Positions 30,175 to 41,967 of a stretch of 64,000 nucleotides of DNA are shown here, piece by piece. How positions within the stretch are numbered: the stretch's first letter is position 1; every line of letters begins with the position of its first letter. This DNA comes from Candidatus Binatia bacterium (lineage in GTDB: Bacteria; Desulfobacterota; Binatia; HRBIN30; CADEER01). The notes under the pieces were generated by a model. It saw only the letters and a list, made by a program, of their open reading frames with translations, was not told where the DNA came from and ran no database searches. The stretch is from positions 158,695 through 222,694 of the forward strand of contig JBFXHX010000001.1 of the NCBI GenBank assembly GCA_050176585.1, in the 5' to 3' direction. The translations under genes and the position numbers were made by a program.

Positions 30175-31435
30175 TCGCGACCGCGTCGGGCAGCGGTTGG
30201 TTCGCGGTCTCCGGCAGCCGCCAGGCGACCGCCAGGGTGATGAGCATCATCCCGATCAGATAGAGCGCGGGCGCGTATTCGTTCCCGGTGCGCTCGACCA
30301 GGTAGGTGGCGATGATCGGCGTCGTTCCGCCGATCAGGCCGACCGACACGTTATACGCGACCGAGACCGCGCTGCACCGGACGCGGCGCGGGAACAGCTC
30401 GACCATGGCGGCGGGCAGCGCGCCGACGAAGGCGCCGACGAGCACGGCGAAGCACAATTGCGCAAGCAGAATGAGCCGCGGCTCGCCGCTGTGCAGCAGC
30501 GAGAAGAGCGGCCAGCCCAGCACGACGAGGCCGAGCGCTCCGCCCACCAGTAGCGGGCGGCGGCCCACCCGATCGGACAGCACTCCGGCGCTCACCAGCA
30601 CGGCGAGCAGCACCACCATGTTGAAGGTGTTGATCTCCAGCGCGAGCGGCGCGTTCACGTGCACGATCTGGGTGAGGTACGTGACGAGATAGACAAACAA
30701 CAGGTAGAACGCCACGGCTGGGCCGGCGTTGAGGCCGATCACGCGCAACATGCCGCTGAGCTGCGTGCGGAAGGCGTCGACGATCGGCGGTCGGCTAGCG
30801 GCGTGCGCTTGCCCCGTTTGCTCCGGCACGCGGCCGCGGACGTACAGCCCCGCGAGGCCGACGGCGAGGCCGATCAGAAACGGGAGGCGCCAGCCCCACG
30901 CGTGGAGCTCCGCGGCGGGCATCAGCGCGGTGAAGAACGCGGCGACAGCGGACCCGCAGAGAATACCCGCCACGGCCCCGAACGCGCTCCAGCTGCCGAG
31001 AAATCCGCGCCGCTCCGGCGGAGCGCTCTCGACCAGGAAGATGATCGAAGTGGTGTACTCGCCGCCGACCGAGAGGCCCTGCACGAGCCGCAGCGCCACC
31101 AGTGCTGCCGAAGCGGCGACGCCGATGCGCTCGTAATCCGGCAAGAGGCCGATCAGAAACGTCGGCACCGCCATTGCGAGCACGGACATCAACAACGCGG
31201 CGCGCCGGCCCATGCGGTCGCCGATATGCCCGAAAACGAGCGCACCGAGCGGCCGCATCAGGAAACCGGCGGCGAACACGCCGAAGGCGGCGAGCAGCGA
31301 GGCGGTGGCGTCGTGGGACGGGAAGAACTGCGCGCCGATGATCGACGCGAAGTACCCGTAGACCGCGAAGTCGTACCACTCCATCACATTGCCGGCGACG
31401 CCGGCGAGGATGACGCGGCGCTGTTGCGGAGACAC
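30164..31435 (-). CDS. MFS transporter, metabolite:H+ symporter (ProP-like)
   Basis: 12 TM helices and the MFS motif ([10 protein letters not shown]). N-terminal EWYDF...YGYF is typical of the MHS subfamily. Confidence 0.75.
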   Translation of the reverse strand: MSPQQRRVILAGVAGNVMEWYDFAVYGYFASIIGAQFFPSHDATASLLAAFGVFAAGFLMRPLGALVFGHIGDRMGRRAALLMSVLAMAVPTFLIGLLPDYERIGVAASAALVALRLVQGLSVGGEYTTSIIFLVESAPPERRGFLGSWSAFGAVAGILCGSAVAAFFTALMPAAELHAWGWRLPFLIGLAVGLAGLYVRGRVPEQTGQAHAASRPPIVDAFRTQLSGMLRVIGLNAGPAVAFYLLFVYLVTYLTQIVHVNAPLALEINTFNMVVLLAVLVSAGVLSDRVGRRPLLVGGALGLVVLGWPLFSLLHSGEPRLILLAQLCFAVLVGAFVGALPAAMVELFPRRVRCSAVSVAYNVSVGLIGGTTPIIATYLVERTGNEYAPALYLIGMMLITLAVAWRLPETANQPLPDAVAISD

Positions 31436-31553
31436 GGCGGACCCGGTCAGCGCGGAAGCTGGCGTGCGTGCGCGCGCAGCGGGGCGCTGCGCAATCGGTT
31501 GCGGCTGTCATCGGCGCGCCCGGCGCGCCGCCCGAAGCACACGGCCCTGGCGA

Positions 31554-31811
31554 TCACTGCGCCGGCGGTTTCGATCCCGCCGCGCCCTGTTCCGCGGCTT
31601 GCTTGGCGCGCTGACACGGACAGCCGCCGGCCTTCTCGGCAGCGGGCATCTTCTGCTCCTGACAGGTGCCGCAGCAGGCGCCGTCCTTGGCATGTGCACA
31701 CGGCGCGGCCGGTGCGCCGTTTTGCGGACCAGGCGCCTCGGCGGCGAACGCCGATGGTGTAGCCAGGAGCAGCGCGGCGGCGACGATAAGGGCGCAGACA
31801 CGAAGCGACAT
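31554..31811 (-). CDS. Small secreted cysteine-rich protein (85 aa precursor)
   Basis: ATG with GAGGAGGATTG SD. Signal peptide (ALIVAAALLLATPSAFA). Mature part carries CAHAKDGACCGTC...GGCPC, seven Cys in about 60 aa. The longer 31554..31901 track ORF is an extension. Confidence 0.5.
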   Translation of the reverse strand: MSLRVCALIVAAALLLATPSAFAAEAPGPQNGAPAAPCAHAKDGACCGTCQEQKMPAAEKAGGCPCQRAKQAAEQGAAGSKPPAQ

Positions 31812-31887
31812 CAATCCTCCTCGGGCTCGGGAGTAGTAAACGGTCGGAAGCCGCCGAGCAAATGCGCGCTGCGATGCACGTGCTCGC

Positions 31888-32514
31888 CTACTCGGCAGCA
31901 TCGAGCATCGTTCGTTTGCGCAGCACGACGCCGTCGCGATCGAAAGCCGCCAGCGCCCGCTGCACGATGGGCCCGATACCGAATGCGAAGACGACGGTGC
32001 CCAGGCCGACGGTTCCGCCGAGCAACCAGCCGATTGCGAGCACGGTCACTTCCATGGTCGTGCGCACCAGGGCGATGGACCAGCCGAAGCGGTGGTGAAG
32101 CGCGGTCATCAAGCCATCGCGCGGCCCCGCGCCGAGATCGGCCGAGAGGTAGATGCCGGAGGCGATGCCGATCAGGACGACGCCGCCGAGCATCAGCGCG
32201 ATTCGCCCGCCGACGCTCCCCGGCGCGGGCACCACGCGCAACGCGACGTTGGTCATGGTGCCGACCAGCGCCATGTTGAGCACCGTGCCGATACCCGGCC
32301 GCTGTCCCAGGGGCCACCACAGGGCGAGCACTGGGATGCCGACCAAGATGCTGACGGTGCCGAGCTCCAGCCCGCTCTGGCGGCTGATGCCCTGGTGGAA
32401 GGCCTCCCACGGTCCCAGGCCGAGCTCCGATTGCGCCATGAAGGCAATGCCCACGCCGAAGATGGACAACCCGGCGATCAGTCCGGGCAAGCGGCGGGCG
32501 GGTGAACGACGCAT
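31888..32514 (-). CDS. YczE/YitT-like polytopic membrane protein
   Basis: Start chosen at MRRSPARRLPGLIAGL, but it is uncertain. 5-6 TM helices. Resembles the YczE family only by composition and motif memory. Confidence 0.4.
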   Translation of the reverse strand: MRRSPARRLPGLIAGLSIFGVGIAFMAQSELGLGPWEAFHQGISRQSGLELGTVSILVGIPVLALWWPLGQRPGIGTVLNMALVGTMTNVALRVVPAPGSVGGRIALMLGGVVLIGIASGIYLSADLGAGPRDGLMTALHHRFGWSIALVRTTMEVTVLAIGWLLGGTVGLGTVVFAFGIGPIVQRALAAFDRDGVVLRKRTMLDAAE

Positions 32515-32601
32515 GCTCGTTGCGCTGCCAGACTGCGCGGGGCGGAGCAACCCAAGCGCTCCGCCATCTGCCGCCGCTGTCACCCGCGTAGTGCGGCAGG
32601 G

Positions 32602-33357
32602 TCAGCCACCCGAGTGCGGCGTCGATGGGGCTGCATGCGGCGGGGCGTTCTCCATCGCGAGCGTGCGCAGGTCGTTCACCACCAGCTCGGGGCTGATCAT
32701 GCCGGTGCTATAGATGTTGCGCACGCGGTTTTGCTCATCCAGGAGGAACACCTTCAGCACGTGCCGGAACAGCCCCGTCCACTCGCCGTCCTCGTAGTAG
32801 AGTTTCGCCACCGGCTGCCCGAAATCCTTGAGCACGGGCTGCAGTGTCGCCTCGTCTCGGGCGGTGAGGAAGGCCCAATCGGTCTTGGGCGCGTACAGCC
32901 GGCGCACGGTGCGCATGCGCTCGGGCGTGTCGCGCTCGGGGTCGAAGCTGATCGTGAGCAACCGCACGCGCCGCGCGAGCGCGGGGTCCTCCGCCAAGCG
33001 GCGATCGACGCGCTGCAGGATGGCCTCCGCGAGCGGGCAGCCGGCCGCTTCTCCGCACGCTGTGTAGACGAATGCGACCACGGCGAGGCGGTCCTGCTTC
33101 AGAGCGGTGAGCGCCACGGCGCCGCCGTTGCTATCTACCAATCGATGATCGGTGACGCGGTCGATCACCGGCAACGTGTAGCTGCCGGGCGCGGGCGCCT
33201 CGAACTCGACCGCGAACGGCGCCGCCGTGTAGGTGTATGCCGCGTCAGCTGGATCGATGTGCGGTTTTGGAGTCGCCCCGTACTCCGCGGCGCGACTCGC
33301 CGGCGCCGTGCCGAGCGCCGCCGCGGAGAGCAACAGCGCGCGGAACGCTTGTCTCAT
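32602..33357 (-). CDS. SCO1/SenC-family thioredoxin-fold copper chaperone
   Basis: Signal peptide. SCO motifs (AVVAFVYTACGEAAGCP, LLTISFDPERDTPERM, His in FRHVLKVFLLD). The Cys pair is CxxxxxCP rather than the canonical CxxxCP. Confidence 0.7.
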   Translation of the reverse strand: MRQAFRALLLSAAALGTAPASRAAEYGATPKPHIDPADAAYTYTAAPFAVEFEAPAPGSYTLPVIDRVTDHRLVDSNGGAVALTALKQDRLAVVAFVYTACGEAAGCPLAEAILQRVDRRLAEDPALARRVRLLTISFDPERDTPERMRTVRRLYAPKTDWAFLTARDEATLQPVLKDFGQPVAKLYYEDGEWTGLFRHVLKVFLLDEQNRVRNIYSTGMISPELVVNDLRTLAMENAPPHAAPSTPHSGG

Positions 33358-34676
33358 CGGGCCTGCGCGACGCGTTCAGGTCTGCGCCCCTGCGAATAGA
33401 TCTGGTTTTTGTAGAACTGATCCTGCCCGAAATGCATGTGGTGCGGCCGCCCGAGGCCCTCCTTCAGGAAGTCGACGGTGAAGGTGGGGGTGAGGCGCTT
33501 GCCGTCCCACCGGTACGCCTTCAAGAACTGCTGGTCGTCCTGGCCGGTCTTGTCCCAGTTCGCGAGCAGGGAGGACGTGAAGTACACGCGCTCACCGTCC
33601 CAGGTCTGGGAAACCATGTTCAGCTGCGACCCGATGGGTTGCTCGTGCACGAGCTTGGGTTGGCGCGGGTTGGAGACATCGTAGACCCGACTGGTGCCGT
33701 CCATGAACGTGCTGACGAACAGGAAGCGGTCGTCGGCCGAGAGGCTGATGTCGACCGGAAGCGGGATCTTCTTGGGGTCGCCGATGTCGGCCACCGGCAT
33801 CGCCTTGAAGGCGCCGTCGGGCTGCTGCTCGATCAGCCAGATCTTCGAGGTGAGGGCCGTGGTGGTGAACGCGTAATTGTGGCGCGGCTGCAAGGCCCAG
33901 CGGATCTCGAGCGGAGCGCCGGGGACCTCCAGTACCTGGATGGGTTTGCGGGCGTGGGCATCCCACACCACCACGGTATTGCCGAACTGCTTCATGGCTT
34001 CTGGGTCTGCGATGACCTTGCCGAGCTGGTTCATGTAGTTCTTGTGGCCGGTGAACGACGAGGTGAGCATGCGATTGAGCCGCGGCTGGATCCGCACGTC
34101 GTAGCCGTACACGGCCTGCTCGGGCATCCAGAGCGTCTGCACGAACTGACCGTCGTTGTTGTATTCCACCATGCCGGTCTTGCCGCCGCCGTCGGTGGCG
34201 TTCGACAAGCCGGTGATCAGCATGCGGCCGGGTAGCGCGAAGAAGGTGTGCGGGCCGACCACGCCGCCGCTGTCCTTCACGAAGGTGTCGATCTTCTTCA
34301 CCAGCTTCGGATGCGCGGGGTCGGAGGCAATGTCGAAGACGAAGATCGCGCTGTCGTCGATTCCGCCGGCCCAGAAATACCGCCGGTCGTCGGTGAAGCC
34401 CCCGTGATGGGCTTCGTGGCGGCCACCGACCGAGGTCGACGATACGACTTTGCCGTAGTTCGGCTTGGCCGGGTTAGCGCCGATGGTGACCAACTTGTCG
34501 GAGCCGTCGCCGACGCCTTCCACGCCGACCGTCCAGACGTAGACGTAGTCCTCCTGGCCGGTGACCTTCGGCATGTATGCGGACATGCAGGTCTCGTCGG
34601 CGCGTGCGGCCGTAGCCGTGAAGAGCGTTGCGGTGAGCAGCAGAGCGCGGACATGCGAGCGATTGATTCGAGCCAT
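33354..34676 (-). CDS. Selenium-binding-protein (SBP56)/methanethiol-oxidase-like protein, secreted
   Basis: About 440 aa after a signal peptide (MARINRSHVRALLLTATLFTATAARA). SBP56-like length and motifs (HHGGF, HTFFALPGRMLITGL, several His/Cys clusters). ATGA overlap with the SCO1 gene. Coordinates are good to about 1 nt, because I could not reconcile the printed sequence with the ORF track here. Confidence 0.6.
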   Translation of the reverse strand: MARINRSHVRALLLTATLFTATAARADETCMSAYMPKVTGQEDYVYVWTVGVEGVGDGSDKLVTIGANPAKPNYGKVVSSTSVGGRHEAHHGGFTDDRRYFWAGGIDDSAIFVFDIASDPAHPKLVKKIDTFVKDSGGVVGPHTFFALPGRMLITGLSNATDGGGKTGMVEYNNDGQFVQTLWMPEQAVYGYDVRIQPRLNRMLTSSFTGHKNYMNQLGKVIADPEAMKQFGNTVVVWDAHARKPIQVLEVPGAPLEIRWALQPRHNYAFTTTALTSKIWLIEQQPDGAFKAMPVADIGDPKKIPLPVDISLSADDRFLFVSTFMDGTSRVYDVSNPRQPKLVHEQPIGSQLNMVSQTWDGERVYFTSSLLANWDKTGQDDQQFLKAYRWDGKRLTPTFTVDFLKEGLGRPHHMHFGQDQFYKNQIYSQGRRPERVAQAR

Positions 34677-34875
34677 CGCCGTCTCCTCGTATTCACGTTC
34701 CGTGGTTGGTTTCTGGTCTCGGAGCACGAAGCGGTTGCCGCGGTCAAGGCGCGCGACGCGCTCCGACATCGGCGGCGCGGATGCGGCGCGTGTGTCACTC
34801 CGCGCCGCACCAAATTGACTTGCCGTCGTGCGCTGCTATAGACCCACCGTGGTTCAAACGGAACCACCGATACGC

Positions 34876-35622
34876 ATGGGCTCACGCGTCGCCGTCATCA
34901 TTCCCGCACGCTACGAGTCCACCCGTCTCCCTGGAAAGCCTCTCGCGGATCTGCATGGCCGACCGATGATTCAGCGCGTCTACGAGCGCGCCGCGCAGGC
35001 GCGCGGCATCGATCGCGTGATCGTCGCCACCGACGACGAGCGCATCCGGGCCGCCGTCGCCGCGTTCGGCGGCGAAGCCGTGATCACCCGGTCGGATCAC
35101 CGCTCGGGCACCGACCGCGTCGCCGAGGTGGCTGCGGACCTCGATGCCGACGTGATCGTCAACGTCCAGGGCGACCTGCCGCTGCTCGATCCCGCGCTGG
35201 TGGCGTCCGTAATCGCGCCGATGCTGGCGGATCCCGGGGTGCCGATAGCGACCATCAAGACCGCCTTGCGGAGCCGCGCCGAGCGCGACGATCCGAACGT
35301 GGTGAAGGTGGTCACGGACCGCGACGATTACGCGCTGTACTTCTCCCGCAGCCCGCTGCCACACCATCGCGACGGCGCCCCGCTGCACGGCTTCGGCGAC
35401 AAGCACATCGGCCTCTACGCGTACCGGCGCGAGTTTCTGCTGGCGTTCGCGCAGCTCGCCCCGACGCCGCTGGAGCGCGCCGAGCAGCTCGAGCAGTTGC
35501 GCGCCCTGGAATGGGGGTTCCGCATCAAGGTGTCATCGGTGGACACGGCTTCGATCGAGGTCGACACGCCGCGCGACCTCGAACGCGCACGCGCCGAACT
35601 GGCGTTGGCGGCGGAACGGTGA
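34876..35622 (+). CDS. kdsB: 3-deoxy-manno-octulosonate cytidylyltransferase
   Basis: VIIPARYESTRLPGKPLADLHGRPMIQRV is a KdsB hallmark. ATG at 34876. Confidence 0.85.
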   Translation: MGSRVAVIIPARYESTRLPGKPLADLHGRPMIQRVYERAAQARGIDRVIVATDDERIRAAVAAFGGEAVITRSDHRSGTDRVAEVAADLDADVIVNVQGDLPLLDPALVASVIAPMLADPGVPIATIKTALRSRAERDDPNVVKVVTDRDDYALYFSRSPLPHHRDGAPLHGFGDKHIGLYAYRREFLLAFAQLAPTPLERAEQLEQLRALEWGFRIKVSSVDTASIEVDTPRDLERARAELALAAER

Positions 35623-37287
<1,665 letters not shown>

Positions 37288-37380
37288 GCGGTGCGCCGCC
37301 AACCCTCCGGCCGCGCAGCGGTGTGCGCGGTCGGCGTGCAGCGGTGTTCATCCGCACGCATCTGTGGTTTGGTTGCGCCG

Positions 37381-38199
37381 ATGCGCCGCGAGGTGAGGAT
37401 TGGCTCGGTGCTCGTCGGCGGCGATCAGCCGCTGGCGTTCATCGGGGGCACCTGCGTGATCGAGAGCCGCGACAGCGCGCTGCGCCATGCGGCCCGCATT
37501 CAGGCCATTACGGCGCGGCTCGGGATGCCGTTCATCTACAAGTCCTCCTTCGACAAGGCGAACCGCACGTCACTCAGCTCGCCGCGTGGGCCCGGCCTCG
37601 CCGCGGGCTTGAAGATCCTGGCCGAGGTGAAACGAGAGGTCGGCGTGCCGGTGGTCACCGATGTGCACGAGGCCAGTCAGGCGGCGGCGGTCGCGGAGGT
37701 GGCGGACTTGCTGCAGACCCCGGCCTTTCTTTGCCGGCAGACGGATTTCCTCCTGGCGGTCGCGCGGGCGGGCAAACCGGTCAACATCAAGAAAGGGCAG
37801 TTCCTCGCGCCCTGGGATGTCGGGCCGCTGCTGGAGAAGGTGGCGTCGACTGGCAACCGGGATCTGCTCATCACGGAGCGCGGCGCGTCTTTCGGCTACA
37901 ACAATCTGGTCGCCGACATGCGCAGCCTCGCCGTCATGAGTACGTTCGGCTACCCGCTCGTGTACGACGCCGGCCACAGCGTGCAACTGCCCGGCGGGCA
38001 GGGCGCCGCGTCCGGCGGCCAACGCGAGTTCATCCGGCCGTTGGCGCGCGGCGCGGTGGCCGTCGGCGTCGACGCGGTGTTCCTCGAGACCCACGAAGAT
38101 CCCGACCGCGCGCTGAGCGACGGGCCCAACTCCTACCCGCTAGCGGCCCTGCCGGAGCTGCTCGAGGAACTCGTGCGGATCGATGCCGCTGCCGCGTAA
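37381..38199 (+). CDS. kdsA: 3-deoxy-8-phosphooctulonate synthase
   Basis: [10 protein letters not shown]...[14 protein letters not shown]...KKGQF signature. Start placed at the ATG of MRREVRIG. Confidence 0.85.
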   Translation: MRREVRIGSVLVGGDQPLAFIGGTCVIESRDSALRHAARIQAITARLGMPFIYKSSFDKANRTSLSSPRGPGLAAGLKILAEVKREVGVPVVTDVHEASQAAAVAEVADLLQTPAFLCRQTDFLLAVARAGKPVNIKKGQFLAPWDVGPLLEKVASTGNRDLLITERGASFGYNNLVADMRSLAVMSTFGYPLVYDAGHSVQLPGGQGAASGGQREFIRPLARGAVAVGVDAVFLETHEDPDRALSDGPNSYPLAALPELLEELVRIDAAAA

Positions 38200-39199
38200 A
38201 GCGAATCGCGCGCCGCGCGCCCGCCGGCCCGCGGACAGCGAGGCGCTGAAGCGGGCGCGCCGGGTGCTCGCGATCGAGATCGCCGCGCTCGAAGTGGTGC
38301 GCGAGCGGCTCGACGAGCGGCTGGACCGCGCGGTAGCGCTGCTCGCCGGCTGCCGCGGCAAGGTCGTCGTCACCGGTATCGGCAAATCGGGCCTGATCTG
38401 CCGAAAGATCGCCGCGACGCTCGCCAGCACCGGGACGCCCGCGGCCTTCCTGCACGCCGGCGAGGCCGTGCACGGCGACTTCGGCGTCGTCGGCAAGGAC
38501 GACGTCGTGCTGGCGATCTCGTACAGCGGTGAAGTGGACGAAGTGGTGCGGCTGATCCCGCTGTTCAAACGGCACGATCTGCCCCTGATCGCGATTACCG
38601 GCGCGGTGAACTCCTCGCTCGCGCGCGCGGCCGACGTGATCCTGGATGCCAGCGTGCCCGAAGAGGCCTGCCCGTTGGGCCTCGCACCGACGGCCAGCAC
38701 GACGGCGGCGCTGGCGCTCGGGGATGCGTTGGCGGTCGCGTTGCTCGAGCGGAATGGATTCACGGAAACCGATTTCGGCGCGCTGCATCCCGCCGGCAGC
38801 CTCGGCCGCCGGCTGCTCAAGGTCAGTGACCTGATGCACAGCGGGGAAGCCGTTCCGCTGGTGCAGGCCGATGCCGCCCTGGCGGATACCGTGGCGGAGA
38901 TCTCGCGGAAGCGGCTCGGCGTGGCGGGGGTGATCGATGCGCAGGGCGATCTGATCGGCGTGATCACGGATGGCGACTTGCGCCGGGGCTTGAGCCGCGC
39001 CACCGATATCCAGCGCCTCCGGGCGGCGGAGTTGATGACCTCCGACCCGAAAGTCATTCCGGGCGATGCGCTCGCCGCGCGCGCGCTGGCGGAGATGGAG
39101 CGGCACAGCATCACCTCGTTGTTCGTGCTGGCCGAGGAGTCGCGGCATCCGCGGGGCATCATCCACTTGCACGACATTCTGAAAGCGGGCGTAACGTAG
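38183..39199 (+). CDS. kdsD: Arabinose-5-phosphate isomerase (SIS plus tandem CBS)
   Basis: SIS domain ([27 protein letters not shown]) plus a C-terminal CBS pair. Overlaps the kdsA 3' end by 17 nt. Confidence 0.85.
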   Translation: MPLPRKANRAPRARRPADSEALKRARRVLAIEIAALEVVRERLDERLDRAVALLAGCRGKVVVTGIGKSGLICRKIAATLASTGTPAAFLHAGEAVHGDFGVVGKDDVVLAISYSGEVDEVVRLIPLFKRHDLPLIAITGAVNSSLARAADVILDASVPEEACPLGLAPTASTTAALALGDALAVALLERNGFTETDFGALHPAGSLGRRLLKVSDLMHSGEAVPLVQADAALADTVAEISRKRLGVAGVIDAQGDLIGVITDGDLRRGLSRATDIQRLRAAELMTSDPKVIPGDALAARALAEMERHSITSLFVLAEESRHPRGIIHLHDILKAGVT

Positions 39200-39315
39200 G
39201 CGTGCCCTCAGACACCGACCGAAGCTCGCGCGGCGCGGAGTTCATCGACGCCGCGGCGCCGGCTGCAGCTCCCGCGAACCGCTCCGCCCCAACCGCCGCG
39301 CGATTCCAGCCGCGC

Positions 39316-40281
39316 ATGACGTTGCGGCGCAAGCTCCGCCGGAAGGTGCGCCGTTTCCTCCGCAGGCGCAAGGACGCGTTGGTCTACTATCTGGCTCGCG
39401 TGGCCGTCTGGGTGCCGCGCCAAATGGAGCTGGACACGGCGCTCCGCATGGCCGATCGGGTCGGCGACGTCGCCTACATCGCGCTGCGCGGAACGCGGCG
39501 GTTAGCGCTCGAGCATCTCGACATCGCGTTCGGCGACCAGAAGCCGCGCGACGAGAAACTGCGCATCGTGCGCGGCTGCATGCGCAACATCGCACGCTGT
39601 GTGGTGGAGGACGCCAAGATCGCCGAAATCCGCGCGCGATTCGCGGATTATGCCGAGGTGCAGGGATGGGAGAACTGGGAGGCGATCAAAGAGGCGACTG
39701 GAACGGGGGCGATCGTCGTCACCGGGCATATCGGGAATTGGGAGCTGTTGGCAGCGTACTTCGCCGGGCGCGGAGTGCCGATCGGCGCCATCGCGCGGCG
39801 CCTGAACGATCCCCGCTTGAATCAACTGCTGGTGGATTTTCGCCGCGCCAACGGCGTGCAGCCGATCCTGCGCGAAAGCCCCAATGCGAGCCGCGAAATG
39901 CTCAGCATCCTGCGCCAGAGCGGGTTGCTCGCCATGCTGATCGATCAGGATCTGAAGACCCCGTCGATCTCCGTCCCGTTCTTCGGCCGTAGCGCCCGCA
40001 CCCCGTTGGCAGCCGCCGCGCTCGCCGTGCGGAAGGAGATTCCGGTGATCCCCGCGTTCGCCCAGCGCCGGCCCGGCGGGGGCCATCGCTTCATCATCAT
40101 GCCGGCGCTGTACCCACCGGCCGGGGCCGATCGCGCTACCGCGGTCGTGGCGCTGACGGTGCGGATCAATGAGCTGTTCGAAGCGCACATTCGCGCCAAC
40201 CCGACGGAGTGGGTGTGGTGGCATCGGCGCTGGCGGCGCCCACCGGTCCCCAACCTTGATCTCGACGCGGCGATTGGCTAA
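39316..40281 (+). CDS. Lipid A late acyltransferase family protein (LpxL/HtrB-like), copy 1
   Basis: HX4E acyltransferase motif (TGHIGNWELL) and a Lip_A_acyltrans-like C-terminus (WVWWHRRW). Start uncertain: the ORF could begin at 39202 with a low-complexity leader. Confidence 0.65.
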   Translation: MTLRRKLRRKVRRFLRRRKDALVYYLARVAVWVPRQMELDTALRMADRVGDVAYIALRGTRRLALEHLDIAFGDQKPRDEKLRIVRGCMRNIARCVVEDAKIAEIRARFADYAEVQGWENWEAIKEATGTGAIVVTGHIGNWELLAAYFAGRGVPIGAIARRLNDPRLNQLLVDFRRANGVQPILRESPNASREMLSILRQSGLLAMLIDQDLKTPSISVPFFGRSARTPLAAAALAVRKEIPVIPAFAQRRPGGGHRFIIMPALYPPAGADRATAVVALTVRINELFEAHIRANPTEWVWWHRRWRRPPVPNLDLDAAIG

Positions 40282-40317
40282 CCGGGTTCTGTTCCGAGTT
40301 GCTGAGGAACGCCGCAC

Positions 40318-40872
40318 ATGCCCGCACCAGATCCGCGTATGATCGAACTGCTCAGCTACTACCGCGAGGCGGAGCTGCACGGCGCTTCGCTGCTGTTGCG
40401 GTTGGTCAAGCTGATCGACGACCCCGAGGCGCAGATCAAGCTCGCGCTGCACATCCACGAGGAGACGCGGCACGCGTGGCTGTGGACCAAGCGCATCCAC
40501 GACCTCGGCGGCGCGCCGGTACAGGTCACCGACGGATACCAGACCCGCATCGGCTTGCGGACCGTTCCGAGATCGCTCATCGAGCTGCTCGCCCTGACGC
40601 TGGTCGTAGAGGAGCGCTCGTTCACCCGCTACAAGGAACACGCGGGGCGCCCGGACGTCGACGAAGCGACGCTCGCCATCCTCAAGGACGTGTCGTCCGA
40701 TGAAAAATGGCATATGTCCTGGATTCGGCAGAAGCTGTTTGCACTGGCTCGGGCTGAAGGCGACGAGTCGAAAGCCCAGGCCGCGATCGACAAGTACGCG
40801 CGCATCGACCGCGAGGTATACGGCGAGCTGAAGGCGAAGGAAGTGGCGGCGTTCGGCGATGCCGTTGCCTGA
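40318..40872 (+). CDS. Ferritin-like diiron-carboxylate domain protein
   Basis: GAGGAA SD. Two ExxH motifs (HEETRH, DEKWHM) and an additional EE pair, giving a four-helix ferritin-like pattern. No TM segment. Confidence 0.5.
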   Translation: MPAPDPRMIELLSYYREAELHGASLLLRLVKLIDDPEAQIKLALHIHEETRHAWLWTKRIHDLGGAPVQVTDGYQTRIGLRTVPRSLIELLALTLVVEERSFTRYKEHAGRPDVDEATLAILKDVSSDEKWHMSWIRQKLFALARAEGDESKAQAAIDKYARIDREVYGELKAKEVAAFGDAVA

Positions 40873-40892
40873 CCGCGCCCACCGCTAGCCAC

Positions 40893-41912
40893 GTGGACGT
40901 CGCCGCGGACTCCGCCCCCCGGCGTGACGGCGATCGCGGTCCGGAGGCCGAAGGAAAGCCCACCGCCACCGACTGGCTCGAGTACGCGGTGCTGCGCACC
41001 GCGGTCGGGTTCTTCGGTTTGTTGCCGCGCGGCTGCGCGCTCCGCGCAGGCGCCTTCCTCGGTGAGCTGTTCTACGTTTTGCACCGGCGCGGCCGCGCGA
41101 TCGGCCTGCGCAACCTGGCGATTGCCTTTCCCAACCGCGGCCCGGCAGAGCATCGCGCGATTCTGCGCGCTTCGGCGCGGAACCTCGGCCGCCTCGGCGC
41201 GGAGATTTGCCACCTACCCGCGCTGACACCGGAGACCGTGCGCCGATTCGTGGCGCCCGCCGATTCGGCCGCGTGGCATGCCGCGCTCGATAGAGCCGCG
41301 CGAACTGGCGGCGTCATCCTGACCGCCCACCTCGGCAACTGGGAGCTGCTCGCCTACGTACACGGACTCCTCGGTTATCCCATCACACTGGTCCACCGCC
41401 CTATGCGCAATGCGCTGGTCGATGCCTACATCACGCAGATGCGCGCAGCGGCGGGGACGGTGTCGTTGTCGAAGAAAAACGCCGCCAAGGCGGCGTTGTA
41501 CGCCTTGCGCAGACGGCAGCTACTGGCAATTCCAGCGGACCAGAACCAGACGCGCCGTTACGGCGTGTTCGTCGATTTCTTCGGCCTGCCCGCGTGTACG
41601 ACCGCGGGCCCGTCGCGCATGGCCATGCTGAGCGGAACCCCCCTGCTACCGGTGTTCCTCGTGCGGGACGGCGAGAGCGATCAGCACCGGATACTCGTGC
41701 TGCCGGATATCGAGCTCGTGCATACCGGCGACCGCGAAGCCGACGTGCTCACGAACACGCAGCGCTGCACGGCGGTGATCGAGGACATGCTGCGCCGCTA
41801 CCCGGAGCAGTGGATCTGGTTCCACAAACGCTGGAACACGCGTCCACGCGGCGAGCCGCGCGTGTATCCGGTGAGAAGGTCCAACGCGAAGTCGCCAGGC
41901 ATTCTACCTTAG
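40893..41912 (+). CDS. Lipid A late acyltransferase family protein (LpxL/HtrB-like), copy 2
   Basis: GTG start. HX4E motif (TAHLGNWELL) and the same C-terminal signature (QWIWFHKRW). Confidence 0.65.
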   Translation: MDVAADSAPRRDGDRGPEAEGKPTATDWLEYAVLRTAVGFFGLLPRGCALRAGAFLGELFYVLHRRGRAIGLRNLAIAFPNRGPAEHRAILRASARNLGRLGAEICHLPALTPETVRRFVAPADSAAWHAALDRAARTGGVILTAHLGNWELLAYVHGLLGYPITLVHRPMRNALVDAYITQMRAAAGTVSLSKKNAAKAALYALRRRQLLAIPADQNQTRRYGVFVDFFGLPACTTAGPSRMAMLSGTPLLPVFLVRDGESDQHRILVLPDIELVHTGDREADVLTNTQRCTAVIEDMLRRYPEQWIWFHKRWNTRPRGEPRVYPVRRSNAKSPGILP

Positions 41913-41967
41913 CGTCTTCGCGCCTTCGCGTTTGACGCAGCGAGGGCGCAGCGCCGCGGCGTGCCCG

